This document shows positions 1 through 7,981 of a DNA stretch of 64,000 nt, piece after piece. Where the stretch lies: contig CAYTBW010000002.1 of assembly GCA_964436255.1 (NCBI GenBank), positions 616 to 64,615 on the forward strand. The letters run 5' to 3'. This DNA is from an uncultured Candidatus Saccharibacteria bacterium (GTDB taxonomy: Bacteria > Patescibacteriota > Saccharimonadia > CAILAD01 > JADZBC01). A model generated the notes under the pieces. That model searched no databases. It saw only the letters and a list, made by a program, of their open reading frames with translations, and was not told where the DNA came from. Both the position numbers and the translations under genes were made by a program. The number at the start of each line of letters is the position of its first letter. Within the stretch, counting starts at the first letter, position 1.

Positions 1-31
1 CATCAGGATAATATTACTTAAGGGGACTTAT

Positions 32-2089
32 ATGACAAACAAAAAACATTCGGCAGGTAGTAGTACTTTGCTTCAATCACCACGTAAGCGTAGCAAGTGG
101 CTACTAGCTCCGTTCATTGCTCTTTTTGCACTCTTCGGGGCTGTAATAATCTTGCGCAGTTTTGCTTCTACTCCCCCAACAGATCCTAACGACGTTGTGC
201 GTGGCGGTTTTAGCACTGCTAGCACGAAGGCTGCACAAGACGACATGATCAGAAAGCTGAACAGTAGCGCACCAGAAAATAAGGGGGCCAAGCAGCTCTT
301 CGCTTACTTCGGTATTACCGATGCTGAGATTCGAGCATCCAGGTTGATCCCTGGGATCAACCCCCAAACTTCTGGTTACGCAAACTGGCTTTCATTCGGG
401 CGTACACAGCGTCCAGGCTCGACACCACTAACTGTCGGTGGCGCAACTTTTTGGTCTAAGCCCGTCAAGAACGCCTGGGTAGCAGGTACAACGCAGACTC
501 AACCGGTCTTAAAGGGTAAAACAAAGGATGGTCGCGAGTTCATTGTACATGCAGAATGTGGCAACTTGGTTATGCCAAGCCTGCGACCCTTCCAGGCGAA
601 TCCTAATGCCACTATTGTAAAGAAGGCCATCTCTCCTGCGAACGGAGCTACGGTAAAGCCTAATGACGTCGTTAAGTACCAGTTGATCGCAAAAAGCACC
701 GGCAACACCAACGCCTATGTGGTTGTGGCAGACAGGCTACCAATCGGCACTACGTATGTAAGTGCGACCGTAGACACTGGTAACGCATTGCCATTAGAGA
801 CGAAAGTGGAGAACAACCGAACGGTATACAGATGGGCAAATTATGGCTTAGCTCCAGGGAGTGAAATTCGAATTACGTTGACGGTGAAAGTGAACGCAGA
901 TGTGAAAAGTGGGTTCTGCAACACGGCATATGTTACGTGGGTTCAGGGCCAAACTTTACCTGCCAAATCTGCTGATATTTGCCATAACTTAGGGACGCCA
1001 ATCCTAAAGGTAGAAAAGAGCTCTGATGTGCCTGCAGGCAACCCTGTAAAGACTGGCGATGTAATTACTTACAATGTAGTTGGTAGTAACACCGGAGTTG
1101 CAAACTCACTTAATGCAGCAATATGGGATGGTGTTCAGGATAATGGCTGGTACGAGTTTGTCGAAATAGGCCCACTAAAGCGCGGGAATACTGTAGTGCC
1201 TGACTCGGAGATTGCAGAAAAGGTTGTTGCTAAGCCTAGCCAAGGCTACAAGTACTGGGGCTACACCCTCAAGGCATTGAAGCCACAAGAGAGCGTAGGA
1301 TTCACGATTAAGTTCCGCATTAAGCAGGCTGAAAACACCGCACTCAAGATGTGCAACTTGGCAATAATTGCTGACAGCCGACCATCGCCATTTGGGGTCT
1401 GGGGCTACGATGAGGTTTGTCATACCTCCGAAGGTGTAGAAAAGTCAAAATCTGCCATCTTCTTAAATCGCAAAGGTACTGACGGAAAGCCTCTTCCTGC
1501 AGACGGGAAGAACGTGGCAAAAGCCGGGGATGAGATCCAATATATCTTGAATACTAAGAATCTAGGGACCAAAAAGCTAACAGGGTATGAAATTGTAGAA
1601 GATCTGAAGGATGTTCTCGAGTACGCTGATGTTACCGACAATGGCGGTGGAACGCTTGCTGACGGAATACTGAAGTGGAAAATAGACATAGATGCTGGCA
1701 AGACAGACGTGCGCATGTTCAAAGTCAAGGTCAAGAGCCCAATTCCAAACTTAGCTCCAAAAACTAGCTCTCCTGGATCTTACGATTATAAAATGATCAA
1801 TATCTACGGCAATACTGTAGAGATTCCAGTAGATAAGCCGCTTACCCAAACGATCATAGACACTCTGCCGCAAACCGGGGCTCTAGGATTCCTCATGATA
1901 CCCCTTGTGCTGGCAACCCTAATGCTCCTTGCCTATACGAGTGGGGTGTTTGGCCACGGAAGGGCTAAGAGCACTTCGTCTAACACCCAGACAGCCGGGC
2001 AACCGTCTTCAGTGCACCAGCCGGGTGATCAGTTCCATCCTGAAGAAAAGGCTACAAAGGATGCACGCACGAATCATCCAAAAGCATAA
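32..2089 (+). CDS. Cell-wall-anchored surface protein with DUF11 (TIGR01451-like) repeats and a C-terminal LPQTG sortase sorting signal
   Basis: N-terminal TM/signal helix. Repeated 'VxDxLPxGxxYVS' / 'GDxIxYxL' DUF11-type motifs. C-terminal LPQTG followed by a hydrophobic stretch and a charged tail. RBS AAGGGG upstream of ATG 32. Confidence 0.6.
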   Translation: MTNKKHSAGSSTLLQSPRKRSKWLLAPFIALFALFGAVIILRSFASTPPTDPNDVVRGGFSTASTKAAQDDMIRKLNSSAPENKGAKQLFAYFGITDAEIRASRLIPGINPQTSGYANWLSFGRTQRPGSTPLTVGGATFWSKPVKNAWVAGTTQTQPVLKGKTKDGREFIVHAECGNLVMPSLRPFQANPNATIVKKAISPANGATVKPNDVVKYQLIAKSTGNTNAYVVVADRLPIGTTYVSATVDTGNALPLETKVENNRTVYRWANYGLAPGSEIRITLTVKVNADVKSGFCNTAYVTWVQGQTLPAKSADICHNLGTPILKVEKSSDVPAGNPVKTGDVITYNVVGSNTGVANSLNAAIWDGVQDNGWYEFVEIGPLKRGNTVVPDSEIAEKVVAKPSQGYKYWGYTLKALKPQESVGFTIKFRIKQAENTALKMCNLAIIADSRPSPFGVWGYDEVCHTSEGVEKSKSAIFLNRKGTDGKPLPADGKNVAKAGDEIQYILNTKNLGTKKLTGYEIVEDLKDVLEYADVTDNGGGTLADGILKWKIDIDAGKTDVRMFKVKVKSPIPNLAPKTSSPGSYDYKMINIYGNTVEIPVDKPLTQTIIDTLPQTGALGFLMIPLVLATLMLLAYTSGVFGHGRAKSTSSNTQTAGQPSSVHQPGDQFHPEEKATKDARTNHPKA

Positions 2090-2101
2090 GGGTACTACGT
2101 T

Positions 2102-3289
2102 ATGCCAAGACCAACACAAAAACAAAAAACAATAAAGCCAAGAATTGCGCCTAAGGCCGCGGGCCTTGCTGCCGCAAAAAAGTCCATAAAGTTCCGCTTA
2201 CCCTCCGCACTACTTGCGGCCGCTGTATTGGCGATTGTCGGGATAGCCTATGTTTTATTAACAAATGCCAGTACTAAGCCATACTCCAGGCTAGACTGCA
2301 CCTATGCAAAAGCCTATATGGGCGCAAAAGGCGATAGTAACTTAGAAAAGAAGAATGCTTGTCTAGATAAGAGTGCCGAAGCCATGGTGGCGAAGATACA
2401 CACAGCTATTTTCGGGCGTGATATCGCAGCTAATCAGGCTAGTTATAAGAAGTGGTCTGAGGTTTACATCGGTTTGCGTAAGGCCCCAGCAACGGAGTTC
2501 GCCAATAAATTACTGACAACCCCAGAGGCGAAAAGTGGTTACTGGAAGCTTTCAAATGGCGGGAAGATTGACAGATTATACCTGAACTTACTTGGACGTT
2601 CGGTCGACACGAAGGGAAGAGAGTTCTGGCTCAATTATCTGTTGCGGAACAAGTCCTCTAAGACAATCGCCGCGTTTGTAAGTTCTCCTGCCGTTGTTGC
2701 CAAACAGAGGCCAAGCGTAGCCGCAAGTTTAGCTACATTGCCTACGACATATCGACCCGAAGCTAGTCCATGCAAGAACGGCTTGAATGCGGCAGAGTGC
2801 AAAGCATTTGTGCAGGCAGTCCAGAGGTCAAAGGGCGAGAGGTGCAAACAGTATCCTTTGGGTGGTAATACCACTCCACTTTGCAAGCCAGGTTCAGCTG
2901 GAGCTGTGGGCGATGTGCTCGTTGAGCGCGGGATCGATGGCAGCAATGTTAATCTAAATAAGGCTGCAGCTGATAAATTCAAGGCCATGCGGCAGGCTGC
3001 CCGCCGCGAAGCTGGTATCTCTATTGAAGCTGCTGATGAGCTGGGAGGAGGGTATGGGAGTTATCGTACTCAAGCTATGCAGACCGAGCTAGTACGCAGA
3101 GGCTATCCTGCTGCCCCTGTAGGCCGCTCAATGCATCAATGGGGGCTAGCAATCGACTTTGCGTGCAATGGTAAGAAGTTTAACTCCTCTGGGGCTACGT
3201 GTCAGAATTGGATCAAGCGTAATGCTGGTAGATTTGGGTTTTATAACTTGCCTAGTGAACCTTGGCATTATTCTACTAACGGCAAGTAG
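2102..3289 (+). CDS. Membrane-anchored protein with a DUF4214 domain and a C-terminal M15 (VanY-like D-Ala-D-Ala carboxypeptidase) peptidase domain
   Basis: N-terminal TM anchor. 'DRLYLNLLGRSVDTKGREFWLNYLL' is a DUF4214-like motif. C-terminal 'SMHQWGLAIDF...EPWHY' is typical of LAS/M15 zinc peptidases. Confidence 0.5.
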   Translation: MPRPTQKQKTIKPRIAPKAAGLAAAKKSIKFRLPSALLAAAVLAIVGIAYVLLTNASTKPYSRLDCTYAKAYMGAKGDSNLEKKNACLDKSAEAMVAKIHTAIFGRDIAANQASYKKWSEVYIGLRKAPATEFANKLLTTPEAKSGYWKLSNGGKIDRLYLNLLGRSVDTKGREFWLNYLLRNKSSKTIAAFVSSPAVVAKQRPSVAASLATLPTTYRPEASPCKNGLNAAECKAFVQAVQRSKGERCKQYPLGGNTTPLCKPGSAGAVGDVLVERGIDGSNVNLNKAAADKFKAMRQAARREAGISIEAADELGGGYGSYRTQAMQTELVRRGYPAAPVGRSMHQWGLAIDFACNGKKFNSSGATCQNWIKRNAGRFGFYNLPSEPWHYSTNGK

Positions 3290-3292
3290 GCC

Positions 3293-3799
3293 TTAATCCC
3301 GGGGTTGTGCAAGTGCGTATAAGGCAATAGCACCCGCTACGCTAACATTGAGAGAGTTTTTTTGCCCACGCATCGGAATTTCTATAATGTGATCTGCAAG
3401 CGACAAGACGTCACTGCTAAGACCATCAACCTCGCTACCCAAGACCAGTGCTGCGTCCTTGCCACAAGTGGCCTCATTTAGTCTTTCCGTGTCCGGAACG
3501 TTGTTTTCCAAGCAGTAGATTTCATACCCTCGTGCCTTCAGTTCTCGAACGATTGAGCTAGCATCGTCCCGGTGCTCAAAAGAGACACCATCTTCTGCCC
3601 CAAGCGCTGTTTTACGTATCTCTTTAACATTTGAGCGGATAACGTGCTCAGGACGGGGGTCATTGTCTGTTCTTGGGTAGGGAGTGATTCCACACACATA
3701 TATCATATCAATACCAAGTCCATCGCAGGTTCGCATGAGCGACCCTACATTGTGTCCAGAACGAATATTATCTAGAACGAGTACCAACCTAGCCTTCAT
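3293..3799 (-). CDS. SpoU/TrmH-family RNA 2'-O-methyltransferase
   Basis: 'LVLDNIRSGHNVGSLMRTCDGLG' SpoU motif 1; ~168 aa SPOUT fold size. Confidence 0.6.
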   Translation of the reverse strand: MKARLVLVLDNIRSGHNVGSLMRTCDGLGIDMIYVCGITPYPRTDNDPRPEHVIRSNVKEIRKTALGAEDGVSFEHRDDASSIVRELKARGYEIYCLENNVPDTERLNEATCGKDAALVLGSEVDGLSSDVLSLADHIIEIPMRGQKNSLNVSVAGAIALYALAQPRD

Positions 3800-3864
3800 A
3801 GCAATATTGTCTCATATTGACGCGCAATAGGAAAAAGGTTATGCTGTAGGCAAGAACTAACCTT

Positions 3865-5082
3865 ATGGCAACAAAGCAAACAAAAAAGAAGAAGAAGACC
3901 TCGAAAAAGACTCCTTTGCTCGCAAAGAATAGGTTTAATTTACCAACTCTCATCGCTCTTGTTGGGGTGCTCTCGATGGTCGGTTACTATGTGCTCACTA
4001 CGTTTGCTGCCGGACCTGCTAGATTAAGCCCGAATTGCCCCGCAAGCGTCAGTAACGACACTGGGTATGCTTGTTATAGAGACAGTGCCGAAGGGTGGGC
4101 CACCAGGCTATTTATGACAATGTATGACCGGTCCCCTGATGGGACCAAGACTGCCGCGGGCGTTGCTACTGGGGGAGGGTACAAGTATTGGTCTGAGCAG
4201 ATAAGCGCTAAAGGGGTTGGCGCCTCCGCGGTGTCCATGTACACCGTTGCAGGAACTACTGACAAGGCCAGATTTAACAATTACACGCCCGAGCAAAAAG
4301 CTCAGGTGTTGTATACGCGTGCATTGGGGAGGAACGCTGACGCTGCGGGTATTGCATACTGGAAGCAACGTTTTGCCTCCGAACCTGCGGGAAATGTTGT
4401 TGTGGCGTTCTTGTCGCAAAACGAACCTAAAACTTTCAATAAAACTCTGAGCGTTAAGGTTTTGAATTTTATGAGGCCTGGCTGGAATACCACCACTACC
4501 CAGCCCCCTGTTGTTGTGAACCCACCGCAGCCGCCGGAAGAACCGGAGGAGCCGGAAGAGCCAGCATACAACCCAGCACCCGAGCAACCTCAATATGGGG
4601 GAGTCGATAATCCAGACTACAGCTTCGTGATACCAGATGACGGGTCAATTGGCGGAGGAACAGATGCTTTGCCGGAGCTGGGAGAGGTTAGCCTGGATGA
4701 CCTGTCAGGAGCCAGCGAAGATGACATAAGCAAGATCATTGAAGAGAAGACGCAATCGAGCGGAGACGGCCTTGATAGCGAAGCTGCAGCTAGGTCGTAT
4801 GGCGGAAAGCTCAAGATTCTGCCCCCCGAAGAGGCCATTGCTAATGGCGCGAATGAACTGCGCTACTACATAAACGGTAAACTCAAAGCTACCGTTAAAA
4901 AGGCTCCATATGCCTACACGCTTGATTCTACCCGAATGAAGAATGGGCGCTACGTTCTCTCGATCGTCCCATATCAGGATGGCGAGAAGCTGGATGAATA
5001 TAGCTACGTACTGAGCGTGAAGAATACGCTGACCTTCTGGCAGAAGATCTACAACCTCATTAGCTCACCATTTGCCAAATAG
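3865..5082 (+). CDS. Membrane-anchored/secreted DUF4214 protein with a Pro/Glu-rich linker and a C-terminal beta-rich domain (N-terminal paralog of 2102..3289)
   Basis: Lys-rich N-terminus plus TM helix. 'AQVLYTRALGRNADAAGIAYWKQRF' DUF4214 motif. PPQPPEEPEEPEEP linker encoded by 9-bp tandem repeats at 4534-4560. Confidence 0.45.
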   Translation: MATKQTKKKKKTSKKTPLLAKNRFNLPTLIALVGVLSMVGYYVLTTFAAGPARLSPNCPASVSNDTGYACYRDSAEGWATRLFMTMYDRSPDGTKTAAGVATGGGYKYWSEQISAKGVGASAVSMYTVAGTTDKARFNNYTPEQKAQVLYTRALGRNADAAGIAYWKQRFASEPAGNVVVAFLSQNEPKTFNKTLSVKVLNFMRPGWNTTTTQPPVVVNPPQPPEEPEEPEEPAYNPAPEQPQYGGVDNPDYSFVIPDDGSIGGGTDALPELGEVSLDDLSGASEDDISKIIEEKTQSSGDGLDSEAAARSYGGKLKILPPEEAIANGANELRYYINGKLKATVKKAPYAYTLDSTRMKNGRYVLSIVPYQDGEKLDEYSYVLSVKNTLTFWQKIYNLISSPFAK

Positions 5083-5102
5083 AAAAGCAAGCACAAAAGG
5101 TA

Positions 5103-5131
5103 TTGACTTTATAAGCATAAGCTGCTAGAAT
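5103..5131 (+). promoter_or_regulatory. sigma70-like promoter (TTGACT-N17-TAGAAT) for the KGG stress-protein gene
   Basis: TTGACT at 5103-5108, 17-nt spacer, TAGAAT at 5126-5131, ~90 nt upstream of ATG 5223. Confidence 0.5.
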
Positions 5132-5222
5132 AACAAAGTTATAATAACCTTGAGTTTAATGAAGCGTTATTGGTAGGGTTAACCTTTGTTCAAACTCCAA
5201 CTGTAACAAGAAGGAGAAAACA

Positions 5223-5414
5223 ATGGCAGGAACGAAATTAGGCGGTGTATTGGCCGCAGAGACCAACAAGAAGCGTTACGGTAGCGAATTCTACCGTGAA
5301 ATCGGTCGTAAGGGTGGCCAGAAAAGCCGTAATGGTGGATTTGCTGCCAACCCTGCACTAGCTCGTGAAGCTGGTCGTAAGGGCGGCTTGAGCAAAAAGA
5401 AGAAGACCGCTTAA
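5223..5414 (+). CDS. KGG-repeat general stress protein (YciG/Con-10-like)
   Basis: 63 aa with repeated 'GRKGG' and 'KGG' motifs. RBS AAGGAG upstream. Strong terminator follows. Confidence 0.55.
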   Translation: MAGTKLGGVLAAETNKKRYGSEFYREIGRKGGQKSRNGGFAANPALAREAGRKGGLSKKKKTA

Positions 5415-5430
5415 CCAAGTAGTCTATACC

Positions 5431-5457
5431 AAAAAAGGACCCTCGGGTCCTTTTTTG
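5431..5457. terminator. Bidirectional rho-independent terminator
   Basis: AAAAAAGGACCCTCGGGTCCTTTTTTGG: perfect GC-rich hairpin flanked by an A-run and a T-run, between convergent genes. Confidence 0.8.
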
Positions 5458-5467
5458 GTATGCAGAA

Positions 5468-5917
5468 TTAGCCTAGAACAGTAAGGGTGATGGCGTCGTG
5501 CGGGTTGGAGCTCGCCTGCCATTTGCAGCCACATAGGAAGCAGCGGAAGTTGTGAGGATCTTTTGCGCCTGGTAGGCAGAAGTTTTTACAGTGCGGGCAT
5601 GATGATCGCGCACTAAGCCAGTGATCATAGGTGTCGATACAGGATTGGATATATGCATCATTCACCTGCACGCCATGCTCGATACATAAGCGCTTCGTTA
5701 AGTGCCAGGCCTGCGCTTCCATGATGAGAAGCTCAAAGTCGTTCGCAAAGGTAAAATGTCCAAGTTCTGCATGGCTAATTTCGTGGAGCAGGGATAATCT
5801 GCCTTCGTTTGATCTCAGCTCGTTTTCGTCATAATGAATCAGCTCCTCGCTTGCGTCAAATGCGAAGTAGCCAGATGGCACAAAGCTGTAGTTTGGATAA
5901 CTCTGAATAATATCCAT
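5468..5917 (-). CDS. ImmA/IrrE-family (COG2856-like) HExxH metallopeptidase with a C-terminal Cys-rich zinc ribbon
   Basis: 'LLHEISHAELGH' HExxH motif in ImmA/IrrE context. C-terminal CPHC...CFLCGC. Start moved to internal ATG 5917, which has a GGAGGG RBS 6 nt upstream (the ORF-track start at 5950 lacks an RBS). Confidence 0.45.
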   Translation of the reverse strand: MDIIQSYPNYSFVPSGYFAFDASEELIHYDENELRSNEGRLSLLHEISHAELGHFTFANDFELLIMEAQAWHLTKRLCIEHGVQVNDAYIQSCIDTYDHWLSARSSCPHCKNFCLPGAKDPHNFRCFLCGCKWQASSNPHDAITLTVLG

Positions 5918-6155
5918 GCTCACCCTCCGTTTGTAGCTATTATGCGCCAAGGGCTACAGGGCTGCAAGCTACAAAGGCCATGAGTTTGCCCAGGAAAGGG
6001 TAAAATGTACCACAATCCCGAGCAAGCTCACGACCTTTTATATATAGTATCATCATGAGCATAAATTGTCAATACTGATCGAGCCTACCAGTCCAATCGG
6101 GTACTTGCACAAGCGCCCCCCTAGTACTACACTAGCGGCAAAGGGGAGAAAGTGT

Positions 6156-6536
6156 ATGAATCGTTCACCGGCCATTAGGTTTTTAGCGGCAGCGCTACTT
6201 ATAGTATTTATTGTGGTTGCAACGTTTATGTATGGAAACGCTCAACGTGCTAAGCAGGAGCAGTCCAAGGAACAGGCAAAAGTAGAGGAAGTACAGAAGC
6301 AAAGTGAGCAGAAGCGAGAGGATCAGAAAGACCAGGGCCAGCAGGCCACTCAGACACTTCCGGCTGAGAGCCTAGAGCCAACTTCTTTGCCATCCGCAAG
6401 TACTTCGACAGTCGTTCCAGAGGTAACTCAGATCCCTACTACTGGTGGATCGGGCTCACTAAGCTTCGTACTGGCCGTTCTGGTACTATCGGCTCTTGGG
6501 TGCCTAGCGCGCCGCAGGCGGCTGGTTGCTGCATAG
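6156..6536 (+). CDS. Small surface protein with an N-terminal TM/signal, a Gln/Glu/Lys-rich region and a C-terminal sortase-like sorting signal (IPTTG + hydrophobic + RRRR)
   Basis: Start chosen at ATG 6156 with RBS AAGGGGAG. C-terminus 'IPTTGGSGSLSFVLAVLVLSALGCLARRRRL' has the tripartite architecture of a cell-wall sorting signal with a non-canonical motif. Confidence 0.35.
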   Translation: MNRSPAIRFLAAALLIVFIVVATFMYGNAQRAKQEQSKEQAKVEEVQKQSEQKREDQKDQGQQATQTLPAESLEPTSLPSASTSTVVPEVTQIPTTGGSGSLSFVLAVLVLSALGCLARRRRLVAA

Positions 6537-6555
6537 GCTGCAAGTGCTGCTTGTC

Positions 6556-6584
6556 TTTACACTCTCCCGTATTTAAGGTATAAT
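6556..6584 (+). promoter_or_regulatory. sigma70-like promoter (TTTACA-N17-TATAAT) upstream of rpsA
   Basis: TTTACA at 6556-6561, TATAAT at 6579-6584. Confidence 0.5.
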
Positions 6585-6667
6585 TCTTAGGAAATTTGGC
6601 CGTGAATCGGTCAAGGCCAGGCTCTGCGCGTTAGCGTAAATCCAAATGTCTGGTAAAGGAGAATATA

Positions 6668-7759
6668 GTGTCAACAAACAACCAAATCATGGCTGATCTT
6701 TTAGCCACTCATGAAATTAAAAACTTAACCCAAGGCGAACTTGTAGAAGGAACAGTCATTACTGCTGAAAAGCACGAAGTGTGGCTTGACCTCGGCATGT
6801 ACGGTACTGGCGTGGTTATGGGCCGCGAGCTCGAACAAGGCGCAGGGTCTATCAAAGAGGGTGATGTGCTAAGCGTTTCAGTTCTAGAGCCAGAGGCGCC
6901 AGAGGGGTATGCTATTCTGAGCCTCAAGAAAGTTGCTAAAGAAAAGGGCTGGGAATTGCTCGAAGAACGCTTCAAGGAAGGCGAAGTCTTTGGAATCATT
7001 CCATTCGACGCCAACAAGGGTGGCCTTCTGATCGAAATCGAAGGTATTCGAGGCTTCCTGCCCGTTTCTCAACTATCTGCAGAGAACTACCCACGCGTAA
7101 CCGGTGCAGATAAAGATGAAATCCTACACCGACTAAACAGCATCGTAAGTCGTACCCTGATGGTCCGCATCCTTGATCTAGACCGTAAGCAGAACAAGCT
7201 GATCGTGTCTGAAAAGGCAGCTCAACGCGAATTCACTGAAAGCAAGATTGCTAACTTCAAGGCTGGCGACAAGGTTAAGGGCGTCGTGACTGGCGTAGTG
7301 GACTTTGGTATCTTCGTGAATGTTGAGGGTATCGAAGGGCTTGTTCATATCTCCGAGATCGCTTGGGACCGTGTGGATAATCCTTCTAAGTACGTAAAGG
7401 TTGGCCAAGAAGTCGAAGCCCTAATAATCTCAATTGACCAGGAAAAGCTATCGCTTTCTATGAAGCAGCTTACGCCAGACCCATGGGTTAAAGAGATTGC
7501 TCAGTACAAAGTCGGCGATAAGGTAGACGGTAAGATTACCCGCATAACGCCATTTGGCGCGTTCGTGCAGGTTACTCCGGTAATCGAAGCCCTCGTGCAT
7601 ATCTCTGAGCTCGCAGATGAACACGTAGCAGATCCTGCTAGCCACGTTGAGCTAGGCGAGACGAAGCAGTTCACTATCATCGGCATTGACGAGGCTCAGC
7701 ACAAGTTGTCTTTAAGCCTCAAGGCCAAGGCCGCTAAAGCTAGCACCAAAGAGGACTAA
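6668..7759 (+). CDS. rpsA: 30S ribosomal protein S1 (short 4-domain form)
   Basis: Four S1 domains. GTG start with an AAAGGAGAA RBS. Confidence 0.8.
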   Translation: MSTNNQIMADLLATHEIKNLTQGELVEGTVITAEKHEVWLDLGMYGTGVVMGRELEQGAGSIKEGDVLSVSVLEPEAPEGYAILSLKKVAKEKGWELLEERFKEGEVFGIIPFDANKGGLLIEIEGIRGFLPVSQLSAENYPRVTGADKDEILHRLNSIVSRTLMVRILDLDRKQNKLIVSEKAAQREFTESKIANFKAGDKVKGVVTGVVDFGIFVNVEGIEGLVHISEIAWDRVDNPSKYVKVGQEVEALIISIDQEKLSLSMKQLTPDPWVKEIAQYKVGDKVDGKITRITPFGAFVQVTPVIEALVHISELADEHVADPASHVELGETKQFTIIGIDEAQHKLSLSLKAKAAKASTKED

Positions 7760-7762
7760 GCC

Positions 7763-7981
7763 GTGGCCGAGACTCGTCATACTCCGTTAAGGACATGTCG
7801 AGTCTGCCGGGCGAAGAAGCCCAAGGCCGAGCTGGAGCGGTGGGTGATCGCACCTGACGGGCTTACCCTCGATAGCACGAAGACTTTGCCAGGCCGAGGG
7901 CACTACAGTTGTCGCAGCGGTTGTAGCACGCAAATCCACACTAAAGTGAGAATCACGCAGAAGAAAGACAAGAGGACATAG
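7763..7981 (+). CDS. ylxR: YlxR/RnpM-family (DUF448) RNA-binding protein
   Basis: 'PLRTCRVCRAKKPKAELERWV...GRGHYSC' matches the YlxR signature. Conserved position immediately upstream of infB. Confidence 0.6.
   Translation: MAETRHTPLRTCRVCRAKKPKAELERWVIAPDGLTLDSTKTLPGRGHYSCRSGCSTQIHTKVRITQKKDKRT

Noticed and set aside
4534-4560. 9-bp tandem repeats (GAAGAACCGGAGGAGCCGGAAGAGCC).
   Set aside because: In-frame PEEPEEPEE linker within the 3865..5082 CDS, not an independent repeat element.
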